From Octopus vulgaris (lineage: Eukaryota), in contig OX597820.1 of NCBI GenBank assembly GCA_951406725.2, positions 59,768,001 to 59,832,000 of the forward strand: a stretch of DNA of 64,000 bases, given 5' to 3'. Below, piece after piece: positions 39,510-52,943 of this stretch. Positions within the stretch are counted from its first letter, which is position 1, and the number at the start of each line of letters is the position of its first letter. The position numbers and the translations under genes are program-made. The notes beneath the pieces were generated by a model. The model did no database searches. It saw only the letters and a list, made by a program, of their open reading frames with translations, and was not told the DNA's origin.

Positions 39510-39930
39510 CCTGACATCGGAAACCGGACATTGTTGTGGTGAATAAAAAACAAAGAACATATATGATAATCGACGTAGCATGCCCCGGTGACAACAGGAT
39601 CAATGTGAAAGAAGAAGAAAAAATAAACAACAATGACGATTTAAAGTGGGAAATACGAATGTTGTGGTCAATGAAGAGAGTAGACGTGATACCAAGAGTA
39701 ATTGGTGCACTTGGAAGTATCAGCACTCAACTACCAACATTGCTGAAAAAGATCGATGCAAATGTTAAGATAGAACACCCACAAAAATCAGCATTGCTTG
39801 AAGCTGCAAGAATTCTTGGCAGATTTCTTGAAGCATGACCTGTAAACAAGTGTCACTTTAGCCTGCTGGCTGTGGACTGCTGACACTTTCCATCATACCC
39901 AGCAATATAAGCTGTAAGTGTTAATACAAT
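39510..39930 (+). mobile_element. R4/Dong-type LINE REL fragment with 3' UTR and (AAT)n tail
   Basis: HRKPDIVV..IIDVACPGD.....EEEK....DLKWEIRMLW...IGALG...QKSALLEAARIL*. Confidence 0.85.
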
Positions 39931-40164
39931 AATAATAATAACAATGATAATAATAATAGTCTTGTATATTGCAACAAAGGATGGAGGGACTCAACAAGGC
40001 CATGACCGTAAAGTATGTGGGGTGTGTTACATTGAAATAAAAGTAAAGGAAAAGTGCAATTTACAGATTTTAAAAAAATATATCAAGGTAAATCCAATGT
40101 TTTTAACTGATATTGTGAGACTACGGAGAAGTATAAATAAATGACACAGAAAAAGGAGGATTGA

Positions 40165-40205
40165 TTTGAACTGGTTTCGAATCTAAGTGGGTTCTCTTCA
40201 GATTT
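40165..40205 (-). ncRNA. Degenerate hammerhead motif
   Basis: CTGAAGA-gaacc-cactta-gattc-GAAA-CCAG-TT; stem I not recoverable. Confidence 0.35.
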
Positions 40206-41189
40206 ATCTTAATTATTAAAATCCTATACTGTTGATAAACACATTATGAGTGTTTGTTAATTTGTTTCCGTTCCCGTAACGTAACGCTTCGGCAAAAGAG
40301 GACTGACAGATTAAGTAACAGATTTTGAAAACAAGAATAAATACATGGGTCGATTTGTTCGACTAAACCTCTTTAAGGCAGTGCTCCAGTATGGAGATAA
40401 AAGATTTAAATTTATGCATACACGCTATCTAATGCATTAATAATTAATTGAATTAGCAGCCAGCAAAACATTATGCAAATTTTATTTTCCGAAGCCACTA
40501 CGTTTAGTGTCTATTAAAGACAATATCCCAGGTGATATGTACTTATACAATGAGCTACACTTGAGACAGGACTGCCGCTTCGTCAAAGAGACAAGTTGCA
40601 GAAGGTGTGCTTTGAAAAAAGTGATCACCGTCAGGAAACAATGTTGATGCCACAGCTTCAGTGAAAAAAATACGACGTTATTACCCAAGGTATACCGAGC
40701 TCTTGGTGTTGTAACTGTTGGACTATCTGACAATCGGAATGCAACCAGCGAAGAAGTTAGTATTTCATATTTCGTAACCTAAAGTTTCATGTCTCCGCTT
40801 CTCTGACGAAATATGAAAAGAGGTGCAATAAATCCGTTACTTTGAATATGATGGAAAACTAAGAGAGTATGAAAGACTTTGATGAGTTTAGAAGAATAAT
40901 TACAAAGACAAAAGTATAATGTAAAACAGTGTACTGGAAAAATAGGTAAAAAGTTAAAAAATAAAGGAATAATGAAATATTTACGAGAATAAGTTAAAAT
41001 TTTGCAAAAATGTTGTTATAAAAAGTAGTAGCTGTGTGGTAAGAAGCTTGTGTCGCGACCACATGGTTCAGGGTCCAGACCCACTGCATGGCACCTTAGA
41101 CATGTGTCTTCTCCTGTAGCCTCGGGCCTACCAAAGCCTTGTGAGTGGATTTGGTGGACAGCACCTGAATGGGGCTCGTCGTATATATA

Positions 41190-41550
41190 CAGGGTGCGAT
41201 GAATAAAGTGTCATCTAATTTACGCATAAATGAAAATAACGCTAAGATCTCATTTTAACAGACATATTTATCAAAATTGCATAAAAATATCTTGAAATAC
41301 TAAAGAGTAAATTTATTCAATAAAATCGCCATTGGCTCCAACCACGGCCTCCAGACGACTTCGGAATCTCCTGCAACTCTTCTTGGTTAAGTTGGTGGAT
41401 GCTACTGTAATCCTTGTCTTCAGTTCATCTTGGTCTTTTGCTCAACTGTGCCCCATATATAATAATCAAGGGGGCTGCAGTTTGGGGAGTTAGGTGGCCA
41501 GATGTTAGGGGTAATGTGGTCACAGAAATTGTCTGACAGCAATGACTACG
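41190..41550 (-). mobile_element. Tc1/mariner (DD37D-like) 3' end fragment
   Basis: TA|CAGGGTG terminus; reverse strand encodes DHITPNIWPPNSPNCSPLDY and CRRFRSRLEAVVGANGDFIE*. Confidence 0.8.
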
Positions 41551-41609
41551 TTCTCGTGGCTTAGTGCTCGATTCTTCCATGGGTATGAGTAAGTATTTCA
41601 CTTATTTCT

Positions 41610-41679
41610 TTACCGCATTTATCACTGATGAAGAGAAGGTTCTTATGAACTAACTCTGAAATCGGGTCCGATATGGTAA
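41610..41679 (+). ncRNA. Type I hammerhead motif
   Basis: ttaccg..tatc-a-CTGATGA-agag..gttc-ttat-gaac..ctct-GAAA-TCGGG-TC-c-gata-tggtaa; stem I extends past an internal bulge, stem III imperfect. Confidence 0.7.
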
Positions 41680-41858
41680 TAACGGAATTTTTTAGAAATT
41701 TCTGTCGGCTTTCTTTGAAAAAAGTGGTTGTAGTGATAAATTACATGATTATTGACGTAGTGCCTATTTTCGGCATATTTTGGCATTAGACATTTTTTCG
41801 TTTGCCCTTACTTATAAATTGTTTATATATATATATATAAAACAATACACGACGGAAT

Positions 41859-41909
41859 TTTGTCAGTGAACAGGTCGCGGTCTCAAAGCGACGAAAATAT
41901 TTTGACAAA
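41859..41909 (+). ncRNA. Type I hammerhead-like motif with swapped 3-8 core pair (GUGAACA)
   Basis: tttgtca-GTGAACA-g-gtcgc-ggtctcaaa-gcgac-GAAA-ATAT-TT-tgacaaa: 7-bp stem I, 5-bp stem II, palindromic stem III. Confidence 0.7.
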
Positions 41910-42292
41910 TGAAATTTTAATGTTGAAGTTAATCCAGATACCCATTCACTGCTTAATGTAAACTAGTGGTGAAAACAAGATGGCTACAGAAGGCGGCTGG
42001 AAAATAATAGTATTTTCGACAACATCTAGCACAAATGAACAAACACACGCATGTACACGCATGTGGACACATGCATACACACATGTGCACATGTAGTTCT
42101 GTGCAAGTAGCATTACAAACGTATGTAGAAACAAATAATATAAACAGAGGTGACAGATAAAAATATTTACCCCAAAATGGCCACAATGAAAATGGGCAAA
42201 CAATGCTTCGGGTGCGGCGTTGTGGTCATGTGACATCTCGTCATGGTTGTGTGAAAATATAACGCAATGAAAACAGAAAAAATACTAACATG

Positions 42293-42425
<133 letters not shown>

Positions 42426-42480
42426 AAGAAAGTGAAAGAGCGAGTGAAGTGGAGCGAGAGATACACATTCATTTATATAG

Positions 42481-42567
<87 letters not shown>

Positions 42568-44334
42568 TATACATATAAATGTATATGCATATACATTTAG
42601 ACACATATACTTACATGCTAATATGTATGATTTATGAATGCATGTGTGTGTGTGTGAAAATTTGTTGAAATATTTGTGAGTTTATGTAAAACGATAACCT
42701 TGGAAATTTAAAAGTCAGCCGACATATGACATGCCAATGAGGATAAGAATAATTGAGGTGGGGAAAGAGATGGAGTAAAACTAGCGATGAATCGATAATG
42801 AATGGCAAGTATGGTGAAAGGTTGAAGCGATATTGTAGCAAAAGGAAAGAACAGTGGGTGGTGATGAAGAAACGAAAAGAGAATTAAAGAAAGACGCGTT
42901 ATAATATTGGAACAATTGGGCACTATTTTCTGTGCTTGCTTATTTTAATGTAATAAACAGCCACAGACAACGCCCTCATAAAACAACATAACAAAAAGAC
43001 CACCAGAAACCAACCAAATGAAAGAAGAGACGTAAAAGAACAAGCTCACGCTGATAGATATGAAACAACACATACATGAGAAATAAGTTCTCGCCTTGTG
43101 ATTGTTGTGGCGCGAAACTCGAGTCAGAAGAAAGGAATTAAGCTTTTAAGATCCAGCATGTTTATTGAGTACTCTGGGGTTTTTTTTAAATGTAACGTTT
43201 TGTTTTTTAAAAATAACGTTTTTTCTCGCAGATCAAGCGACTACATAGATAATCCTTTCTTGAGTGGAAGTCGGCGGCAGATTTTTTGCTTGTTTGTTAT
43301 GGTTCAAGAGACAGTGCAGCATAAGAGACTAAATAGGCTTGAGGTCAAGCCTTTTACTTTTCAGCCCCACCCGACCTCGTTTTCTTCATTGAAGCTGAAT
43401 GTGAGCGTGGCGAATTTGTTGTAAATGGATGGTTAGATTGTTGGATGGATGACTGGCTCAATTTTTGTACACTGTCAATGGTAGAAGGCTCTTGCCTTTG
43501 TACCAAGGTCTATAGAGGTATATATGGGTTCATAGAGCAAGAAGTTTCGCAATCCCCTCCCAAAGTTCGGATTAGACACTGCAATAGTTTAGTTTTCGGA
43601 TACTTTGACTTTTCTGAAAAATAAAAAAATAAAAAGTGGATTGGAGAAATTAGGAACAACTTCTGATATCACTTGAACATTCTATTGTAAAAGAATCTGG
43701 TTAGATAAACCTGTATCAAAGACATTAGTGTGCCAAGGATCTTAGTGCTCAAAATTTGATTAAAGGGATTTTGTGTTTATTTAAAGCCTGCATCCAAAGA
43801 AGACTTCCGCCACTCATTCAGAGCAATGGCCATATAGTATATTTCCACAAAGCCTCTTAGGTAATCCCAATAATCTTATAAATCTATATTTTAACTCCTA
43901 ATCCCTATCTAATTCCTCTCTCAAACTTGAATATCACAACCATTTAATTATATTTGTATGTATATGCGTACGTACGTGTGTACGTGTGTGCGTGTGTATG
44001 TGTGCGTATGTGTGTGTCTGTATGTATGCAAGGTATATATAACTGCGTGTCTCGGGGTCACAATACATACAGATACACGTATATATGGATGTACGTATAT
44101 ACATATACATATGAGTACGTGTTTATGTGTAGGTGTTGATGTATGTAAATATCTATATACATGTTTAATATATGCATGTGTATACAACTTCATATATACA
44201 TTCTTCTACTACTAAGCACTGGTCTGTCCTCTAAGCAACCTAACCTATATTCCAAAATTCTTCGTTCCGCATTTTACTACCCCTATCCCCTTTCTCTTCC
44301 CCTCATTTAGGCTCTATCACTACATACCTGACAC

Positions 44335-44890
44335 TCCTACCGCTCTATGTCACGCTGGTGAGACCCATATTGGAGTACGGGATTCAAGCCTCTTCTCCTT
44401 ATCTCCTCAAAGACATACAGCATCTCGATAGAGTCCAGAAGCTGGCTACCCGCATGGTTCTTGGTCTCAAGCATTTGTCTTATGAAGAAAGGCTGAAGAC
44501 ACTCGACCTTTATTCTCTAGAAAAACGACGACGCCCTGGTGATGTCATTCTTGCTCACAACATCATAAGCGGAAGGTGTAACCTCTCGAAAGAGCTGTTC
44601 TTCACTCCTGCTCCAGAATGTCGGCTGCGGGGTCACTCCGAAAAGCTCTATCAGCGACGATTTCATCTCAATCGAAAGAGAGGGGCTTTCTCCGTCCGGA
44701 TTGCGGATCCGTGGAATGAGCTGCCGGACGAGATAGTAAAGATGCCGACGACCACTCGGTTCAAAGTCTCCCTTGACCACAAGTGGCCTGAACTCTTTAC
44801 ATGAACACCATCCTGTACATAACTCCATGTCCCCCTACATGGCCTTGCTTTTTGCTTTTTGAGCCAAATAATTAACTAACTAACTAACTC
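44335..44890 (+). mobile_element. CR1-clade LINE, 5'-truncated 3' end
   Basis: LYVTLVRPILEY...RVQKLATRMV.GLKHLSYEERLKTLDLYSLEKRR..GD...RLRGH..KL...AFSVR...WNELP; short 3' UTR and (AACT)n tail. Confidence 0.92.
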
Positions 44891-45363
44891 CTTTACTCTT
44901 TATCCTCTCATCTCTTTACACTTCCATATCTTTCCCTCTCTATCACCCTCATCACCTCATTCCTTCTATCAATTTATCCTGACTGACCACTAACCAGTAC
45001 ACTTTCCCTCTCTTCATTGCTTTATTATCTCTCTCCCCGCTTTTCTCTTCTTTTCTATTTTCTTTATTCCTTTCTTCCTGTTTTTGATTTGACCTTACAA
45101 ACACATTCCCAAATTTTAAGTCACTTCAAAAAAAAAAAAAAAAACCCTCGATTCAATAACACCGTTTACAAACTCTATGCTTGGACTGACCAATTTTAAA
45201 TACTCACAAGGTAAAGGAATCTTATATGTATACTATTCTGCCTAAATAATGGAACTGCAGATACAATATCCCTGCATATCTCACGTCTATTTTCATTCTT
45301 CCACTTCACTCTCTATTTCTTATCTTATCTAGAATAACTATTACTTAACCATTTTCTCACACC

Positions 45364-45411
45364 GTCCTCGATGAAGGGATATTCAAAATATCTCGGAAAC
45401 AGCTGTAAGAC
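45364..45411 (+). ncRNA. Degenerate hammerhead motif (core 5' bases mutated)
   Basis: gtcc-TCGATGA-ag-ggatatt-caa-aatatct-cg-GAAA-CAGCTG-TA-agac. Confidence 0.5.
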
Positions 45412-45625
45412 CTATTCATAAATGTTCTGAAATTTTTCACAGCCTTGGATTTTTATCTCATTCTGTTAATTTTTTTTTTTATATATACGCATGCTGATAT
45501 ATGACCGACGTTGGACTCCTCATTCGCATAATCACCGAACCTGAAGCTTAACTATAGTCTGTCCATAGCACTTACTCAGCATTACCTGACACCTTTGGGT
45601 CTTCTTGACACCATTACCTCTCATA

Positions 45626-45698
<73 letters not shown>

Positions 45699-46129
45699 CC
45701 CGCTAAGTGTTTACATAATTTTTTATCATATAGTACAGTGGTTCCCAGCCTGGGATCCGCGGACGCCTGGTGGTCTGCAAAGTTAGCACGCCGGGTAAAA
45801 TACTTAGCGGTATTTCGTCTGTCTTTACGTTCTGAGTTCAAATTCCGCCGATGTCGACTTTGCTTTTCATCCTTTCGGGATCGATAAATTAAGTACCAGT
45901 TGAGTACTGGAGTCGATCTAATTGACTGGCCCCTCTCCCCCAAAATTTTGGGTCTTGTACCTAGAGCAGAAAAGAATATAGAAATATATTCACACACACA
46001 CACAAACACACACACATACACACACATACACACACTAATACACACCTCTACACACTACACACACACGTGGGCACACATACACGCATATATAGTCATAGAC
46101 ATAGACATCCTGTCACATGTATAAGCATG

Positions 46130-47075
46130 CTAGCAGCATAGTCCGGCGTTGCCCGGGTATGTAAGAGCCCCTAGTAGGCAACGACTATCCCAATCTAGTC
46201 CTTTCCCTCTAGGGAACGAAGGCGCATGTGTAGGTTGCAATGTCTTCTCTTCACTCGAATACTTCTGTGTATACGATGTTCCTAGCTGTCCCTTTGGGCG
46301 AAAACATGAAAACATCATTGCACCTCCCAACGCGTAAACAGCCCACGTAGAGTTGACCGTGGGCGAAGCACTGTTCGCCCAACTGTAACCCAGCGACTTG
46401 TAGCGTTTGGCCTTGGGATTTATTGATGGACATTGCGAAGCAGAGTTTAACAGGAAACTGAGAACGCCTGAAGTGGATTGGTAGGTCAGCGTCCGACGGT
46501 TGAAGGTGCATGCGTGGAATGAAGACGTCCTCTCCTTCCCACAACCGGTAAGTATTGTGGCCGTTATTAAATGTGGTGGCAAATGTTTCACAACCAGACG
46601 TGTGCCGTTGCACTGTTTAGGTGGTACCAAATTCCTGATGAGCATAATGGGCGCACCGACTTTTAACTTCAGGATGTGTGGCGGCAGGCCTGGCGGTTCA
46701 AGTGAATTCAGGAATTCAACAGGATAATCGGCAAGCTCGGCGGGGTCTACTGTCCTATCAATAGATTTGTAGACGTGGACATCACTAGGAATAGCTTCAA
46801 GTAGCTGGATATTGATGGAGTTGAGAGTTAAAAAGGTCGAGTTGCGTCCCCTAGACAGTCTGTGGTTTGTGTTTCCGATTCTCGACCCCATGTCGAATTT
46901 ATCAATTTTTTTTCAGAACTGGGGGGAACTTTTCAAAATTTTCGCTGCATTAGTTTTGAATTATGACATTGGGCTATGTGTGTGTCAAGTTTCATCAGAA
47001 TCGGTTGAAAGCCGTGGTCAGGGTGAGGGTACAACCTGACAGACACACAGACACACAGACAAACTGCCGTTTATA
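46130..47075 (-). mobile_element. Internally deleted Helitron retaining the C-terminal PIF1-family helicase fragment
   Basis: YPVEFLNSLEPPGLPPHILKLKVGAPIMLIRNL...CNGTRL, frameshift, FRRSQFPVKLCFAMSINKSQGQTL...FAHGQLYVG..RV...NIVYTEV; 3' ccgggcaacgccgg hairpin plus CTAG. Confidence 0.92.
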
Positions 47076-47426
47076 TAGAGAGAGATACACAGTCACAAGA
47101 AGTAATGTAATGTGTGTGTGTGTGTGTGTGTACGTGCGTGCGCGTGTGTGCGTGCGTGTGCAGTGTTTAAAATGTATATTATATTGATGCATAGCAAATA
47201 ATCTATATTGCAGTAGATGTAAATTTTAACATATGTTGTACCGATACTCATTTGTATTAATCATCGGAAATATATGCAGTGAATGTATATTGAATAAAAA
47301 TTGTACAGTGTTATGTATGTATTACGCCATAACAGCTTTATACATAGGATTTTTCATGAACATGTTTATACTAAATGTGTATAAAATGCAAGCTACCTTG
47401 ATTATCTATAAAATATATTGCTTTGG

Positions 47427-47721
47427 GGTACTACTTGAGAACAGTGGCCCCGGTGCGCGCACTCACATACTTGCGCATCCGCGCTAGCTAGTCGTGACTA
47501 GTCGATCCTACAACCACTGCCTAGCAAAGTAAATAAAACACAAAATAAATAATTTTTTTACACAAAGTATATAAAACACAAAAACATAAAGTAAATAATT
47601 TATTAAACAAAGTAAATAAAACACAGAAACACAAAGTAAAGATCGACTAGTCACGACTAGCTAGCGCGGATGCGCGAGCACGTGAGTGCGCGCACCGGGA
47701 CCACTGTTCTCAAGTAGTAGC
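47427..47721. mobile_element. MITE with ~80-bp TIRs and 9-bp TSD (Mutator-like)
   Basis: TIRs 47427-47507 / 47641-47721; TSD TTGCTTTGG at 47418-47426 and 47722-47730; interior of repeated caaagtaaataaaacac units. Confidence 0.88.
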
Positions 47722-49058
47722 TTGCTTTGGTAAGTGAGCTTTGCTTAGAAGCTAATCTAGCAATATAAAATATTTTGAAATAACTTTGTATCAAATATAT
47801 GGAATACATGTAATTTTGAATTACTTTAATTTCAATTTCCTTTAGGAAATCACTGGAATTTGAAAAATTCTGGCTGCGATCCCGTGAAAATTCCTTTTAA
47901 ACAAGGAATGTGTGTTTATGACTAGATGCCTGTTTCACTCCACATACGAAGCATTACATAGGAACTTGAAACAAATGTCCACACATCAAAGAACATATTG
48001 TAAAATGGCATGTGAAGTTGTTTGTAACAAGTACTGAACAAAACTTATTCGCTACTTTAAGGAAACAGTTATTATACGATATGTAAGCACAACTTTCTCT
48101 CTATTCTCTCGACTCCTAACCTATAGCACTCGATGAAAGAAAGAACGAGGTGGGAAAAACACATTCCACGAATTTCCTTCGGCCTATAGTTATTTCAGTC
48201 TTTAATGAAATATTTCACATCATAAAATGCTTAACTAAAATATTACGGGTTATATCGTGCTGATAATTTCTAATAAGAATGAAATAGTGCTATACATGAT
48301 TACCAATGATGAGGAATTTTAAAGAATTTCGCGTTAAATAAAAAAAAAGTACGTGAATGTTATACATAGTTTTCCTCATAATTTCTCAATTTCCATTTCA
48401 AATTCCACTATTGTGACGAAATGATTGTCTCCCTTGTAATAGCTACGACGTTAAAGTACCTCGTGTATGTAATATGTAATATGCATTTATTTCATTAATT
48501 CTTTAGAAATACTGCAATTTTTTACTGCACGGGTATACTAGTGTATATAGGTTAGCTTTAATATTTGTGAACCAATTTATATGGAAATATATACATGCAC
48601 ATGCTTTTATTCTTTGTTGTTTTCGTTCTCTCTCTCTTTCTCTCCCACTCTCTCCTTCACACATACATCCACACAATAACTCACAAATTCTCTTTAGACA
48701 TACAGGCACACACCCAGACCCCTCACAAGAACTCACCATCCACACTCACTCATTCTTTCTCTTTCTCTCTCTCTCACGCACACACACACACACACACACA
48801 TACACACACGCATACACAAACACAGAGATACGCGGTCACATTCTACACATGCACAAATACACATACACATTCACACACACAGAAACGTGATCACAGCCCA
48901 TTATACACTAACACACGCATACGCACACGCACAGGCACACACATTCACACACAGAGAGACCCAGTCACAGCCAACACACACTCACACAGAAACGTGGGCA
49001 CAGCTTACACATGTACACACAAACGCAATCATACAGAGACAAGACGCACATGCATACC

Positions 49059-49112
<54 letters not shown>

Positions 49113-49238
49113 CACACATACATTCACAGCATTGTATATACGCGTTTATGCGTATGTGTGTGTGTGTGTGTTTATGGGTCAATGTGTGCCTATGATTGTG
49201 TGTATGTGTGTGTGCGTAAATGTGTGTGTGCCTATTAT

Positions 49239-49280
<42 letters not shown>

Positions 49281-49899
49281 TATGTGTATGTGACTATATA
49301 GATGTGTCTGCATGACTATATGTATCTGTGTTCTGACTGCATGTTTGTCTCTGCCGTTGACTCTGTACGCGCTTATACATGTGACAGGGTGCCTGTTTCT
49401 ATGGCTATGTATGTGTATATGTATGCACACGTGTGTGTGTGTCTGTGTGTCTCTGTGTGTGTGTCCGTGTCTGTGCTTATATGACTGTGTACAGTGTCAG
49501 AGGCTCACTACACAGGCAAGCTATGACTAATGCTGTGAACAGAACTTCGCCAAACTATTGTTATTTTAAACTATTAACACGCATGTCAGAAATCCTTTGG
49601 TTTTAAGGTAAATAAACAAAAAAAATAATAATAATAATAAATACATAATAAAGAAATAAATACATATAAAAAGAATTCCACATTTCTCAGGGACAGGGCC
49701 CAAGGGATCAGTTGTGTAAGATTGACGGAGGGGTTGCGATACGGAGTTTTAAAACTATATGTCTGTATCTTACATACAATGATGCTCTTGTTGAACAACG
49801 CACGTACATGATGTTTCGCACAAAACTGTAAAGGGACACCGATCTACTCTCGTTACGCAACGATTTCATAGGCTTCCTTCACCATTGTCAACAGCACCT

Positions 49900-50083
49900 C
49901 TGCCAACACCACCAGCACCATCACCATCACCGGAACCACCACCACCACCACCACCACCATCACCGGAACCACCACCACCACCACCACCACCATCACGCCC
50001 ACATCACCCACCACCATCAACCCCTATCTCTACCCCCCACTACCATCACCACCGTCACTATTACCACCACCATCCCCCATCCT

Positions 50084-50123
<40 letters not shown>

Positions 50124-50233
50124 GCCACCATCACACCCACATCACCCACCACCATCAACCCCTATCTCTACCCTCTCTACCATCACCACCGTCACTATTA
50201 CCACCACCATCCCCCATCCTCACTACCACCACC

Positions 50234-50298
<65 letters not shown>

Positions 50299-50710
50299 CA
50301 TCACCACCGCCACCATTAACACAACAACCAGCATTACACCCACCAGCACGATCACTACTACCACCGCCACCACTTCCACCACATATACCACCAGCACCAG
50401 CACCACCATCGCACCTACCGCAACACCTAACATTATCACTATTAGTACCACTAACACCATCACCACCACAAATAGCTTCATCACCAACACCTCTACCACA
50501 CATACCACCACCACCACCACTCTGAATACCATTATGTCTACCAGCACCATTCCCACTAGCACAATTCCAAAGGCTACAACCACCAGCACCAGCACCACCA
50601 TCACCACCACCACCGCCGCCTCCGCCACCATCACTATCACTACAATGTCTACTATGACTACCACCATGACAATCAATATACAACTACCACTACTGACTAC
50701 TGCAACCATT
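49900..50710. repeat. Decayed (CAC/TAC)n low-complexity tract with internal ~100-bp direct duplication
   Basis: 49990-50090 is repeated at ~50128-50226 (cccacatcacccaccaccatcaacccctatctctaccc...cccccatcctcactac). Confidence 0.8.
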
Positions 50711-51276
50711 AAGTCTGTCCTGAGCCCAAGGACTCAAAATGCCACAGATTAACCCGATTTCCATGGCGTATGAGTGACTGAGATTACAGACTCTCTCTCT
50801 TGAATGGGACGCCAGTTCTTCACAGGGTCAACTTCCCAGCTATTGCTGGAACACATTTGCAGCTGAGTGGACTTTAGTAATGTGAAATGAAGTGCTATGC
50901 TCAAAAACACGTCACACCGCCAGGTCTTGGAATCGAAACCTCTATGTTACGATCGTGAGTTCAACATCCTAAGCACTAGGACACGCGCCTTCAATGTAAC
51001 TATTACAACACTTCAGCTACTACCACTACTATAAACATTGCATCACTGCAACCACTATAGTACTACAGCACATACACTACACCATCATTACCCCAGTAGC
51101 CCTACAACCATTATAATCATTAAAGCACCACAACGAATAAAGCCATTACGACACAACAGTACTACAACCGCAACAATCACACAACACTGCACTCACTACT
51201 GCCACTTTCACTGTAATAACTACTGCACTATAGTTCCTACAATCACTACAACCATTACTACCACTATATATACATA

Positions 51277-51445
51277 TGTAGGAGTGGCTGCGTGATAAGT
51301 AACTTGGTTACCAACCACATGTTTCCGGGTTCAGTCCCACTGCGTAGCACCTTGGGCAAGTGTCTTTTACTATAACCTCGGGCCGACCAAAGCCTTCTGA
51401 GTGGATTTGGTATACGGAAACTGAAAGAAGCCTGTCGTATATATG

Positions 51446-51493
<48 letters not shown>

Positions 51494-51970
51494 GTTAATC
51501 CAAACATGAAAGCACAAAGAGAAAACAGAACAACGCGAGGACGTTGAACAAATATAATGTTATTAGACGCTCAGGAAGGAAGGGAAGAAGGAGGGTTTAA
51601 CGTTTCGAGCAGTGCTCTTCGTCAGAAACATAGGAAAAGGAAAGATCCAGAGAAGGGAAGACGGAGGAAAAAAAATCGCCAACGGTACACACGCGGTCAC
51701 ATTTTGAAATGTATGTATGTATGTATGTATGTATGTATGTATGCATGTATGTATGTATGCTTGTATGTATGTATGTGTATATGTTTGTGTGTCTGTGTTT
51801 ATCCCTGCAACATCGCTTGACAATTGATGCTGGTGTGTTTACGCCCCCGTAACTTAACGGTTCGGCAAAAGAGACCGATAGAATAAGTACTGGGCTCACA
51901 GTACTTTGCACGACTAAAGGCGGTGCTCCAGCATGGCCACAGTCAAATGACTGAAACAAGTAAAAGAGTA
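51277..51970 (+). mobile_element. SINE family A interrupted at its internal microsatellite by a hammerhead-bearing fragment (~51493-51707)
   Basis: Head 51277-51440 and tail 51785-51970 are colinear with 14993-15396. Confidence 0.85.
51595..51629 (-). ncRNA. 35-nt minimal type I hammerhead, intact core
   Basis: gttt-CTGACGA-a-gagc-act-gctc-GAAA-CG-TT-aaac. Confidence 0.75.
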
Positions 51971-52483
51971 AATATGTTATACTGGGACTCTTATATACTA
52001 ACCAAGGAAATATATGCAGTGAACGTATATTGGATAAAATTTTCATATTGTTATGCATGTGTTTCTTCGTAACAGCTTTATATATAGGATATGTTATAAA
52101 GATATTTATACGATATTCATACAATACCACTGCAATCTCTCCATCACGTCAACCATTTATGTACTTCATAATTAAAACCACTCCCACCACCATTATAAAT
52201 ACTACACCATTCCACTTCATCAATACAACCTCTGCAGTTCCTACAACCATTGCAAACACCGAACCATTCATCAACTACAATGCCGCAGCAGATCAACCAC
52301 AACAGTTACCACACTACAACCACTCGTCCGCTTCACCACTACAAAAGCAATCAGTAACAACAATTACTGTTACTGCTATTTAACCCCAGGCCAATCCTGA
52401 TGAGGTACTACTACACTAAACTCTGTATCATTCATCCACTTCAGCGACAGCACAGCAGCTACTCATTCACTACGTTGTTACGA

Positions 52484-52943
<460 letters not shown>

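Noticed and set aside
40760-40822. CTGACGA-aatat-GAAA within a 13-bp inverted repeat
   Set aside because: No cleavage triplet or stem III; a short IR in AT-rich DNA.
46130-46891. Host PIF1 helicase gene
   Set aside because: Frameshifted, intronless fragment bounded by Helitron termini.
49885-50752. Proline-rich, mucin-like Thr-rich and Gly-rich ORFs
   Set aside because: Decayed (CAC)n/(TAC)n repeats open in several frames on both strands; no splice or domain evidence.
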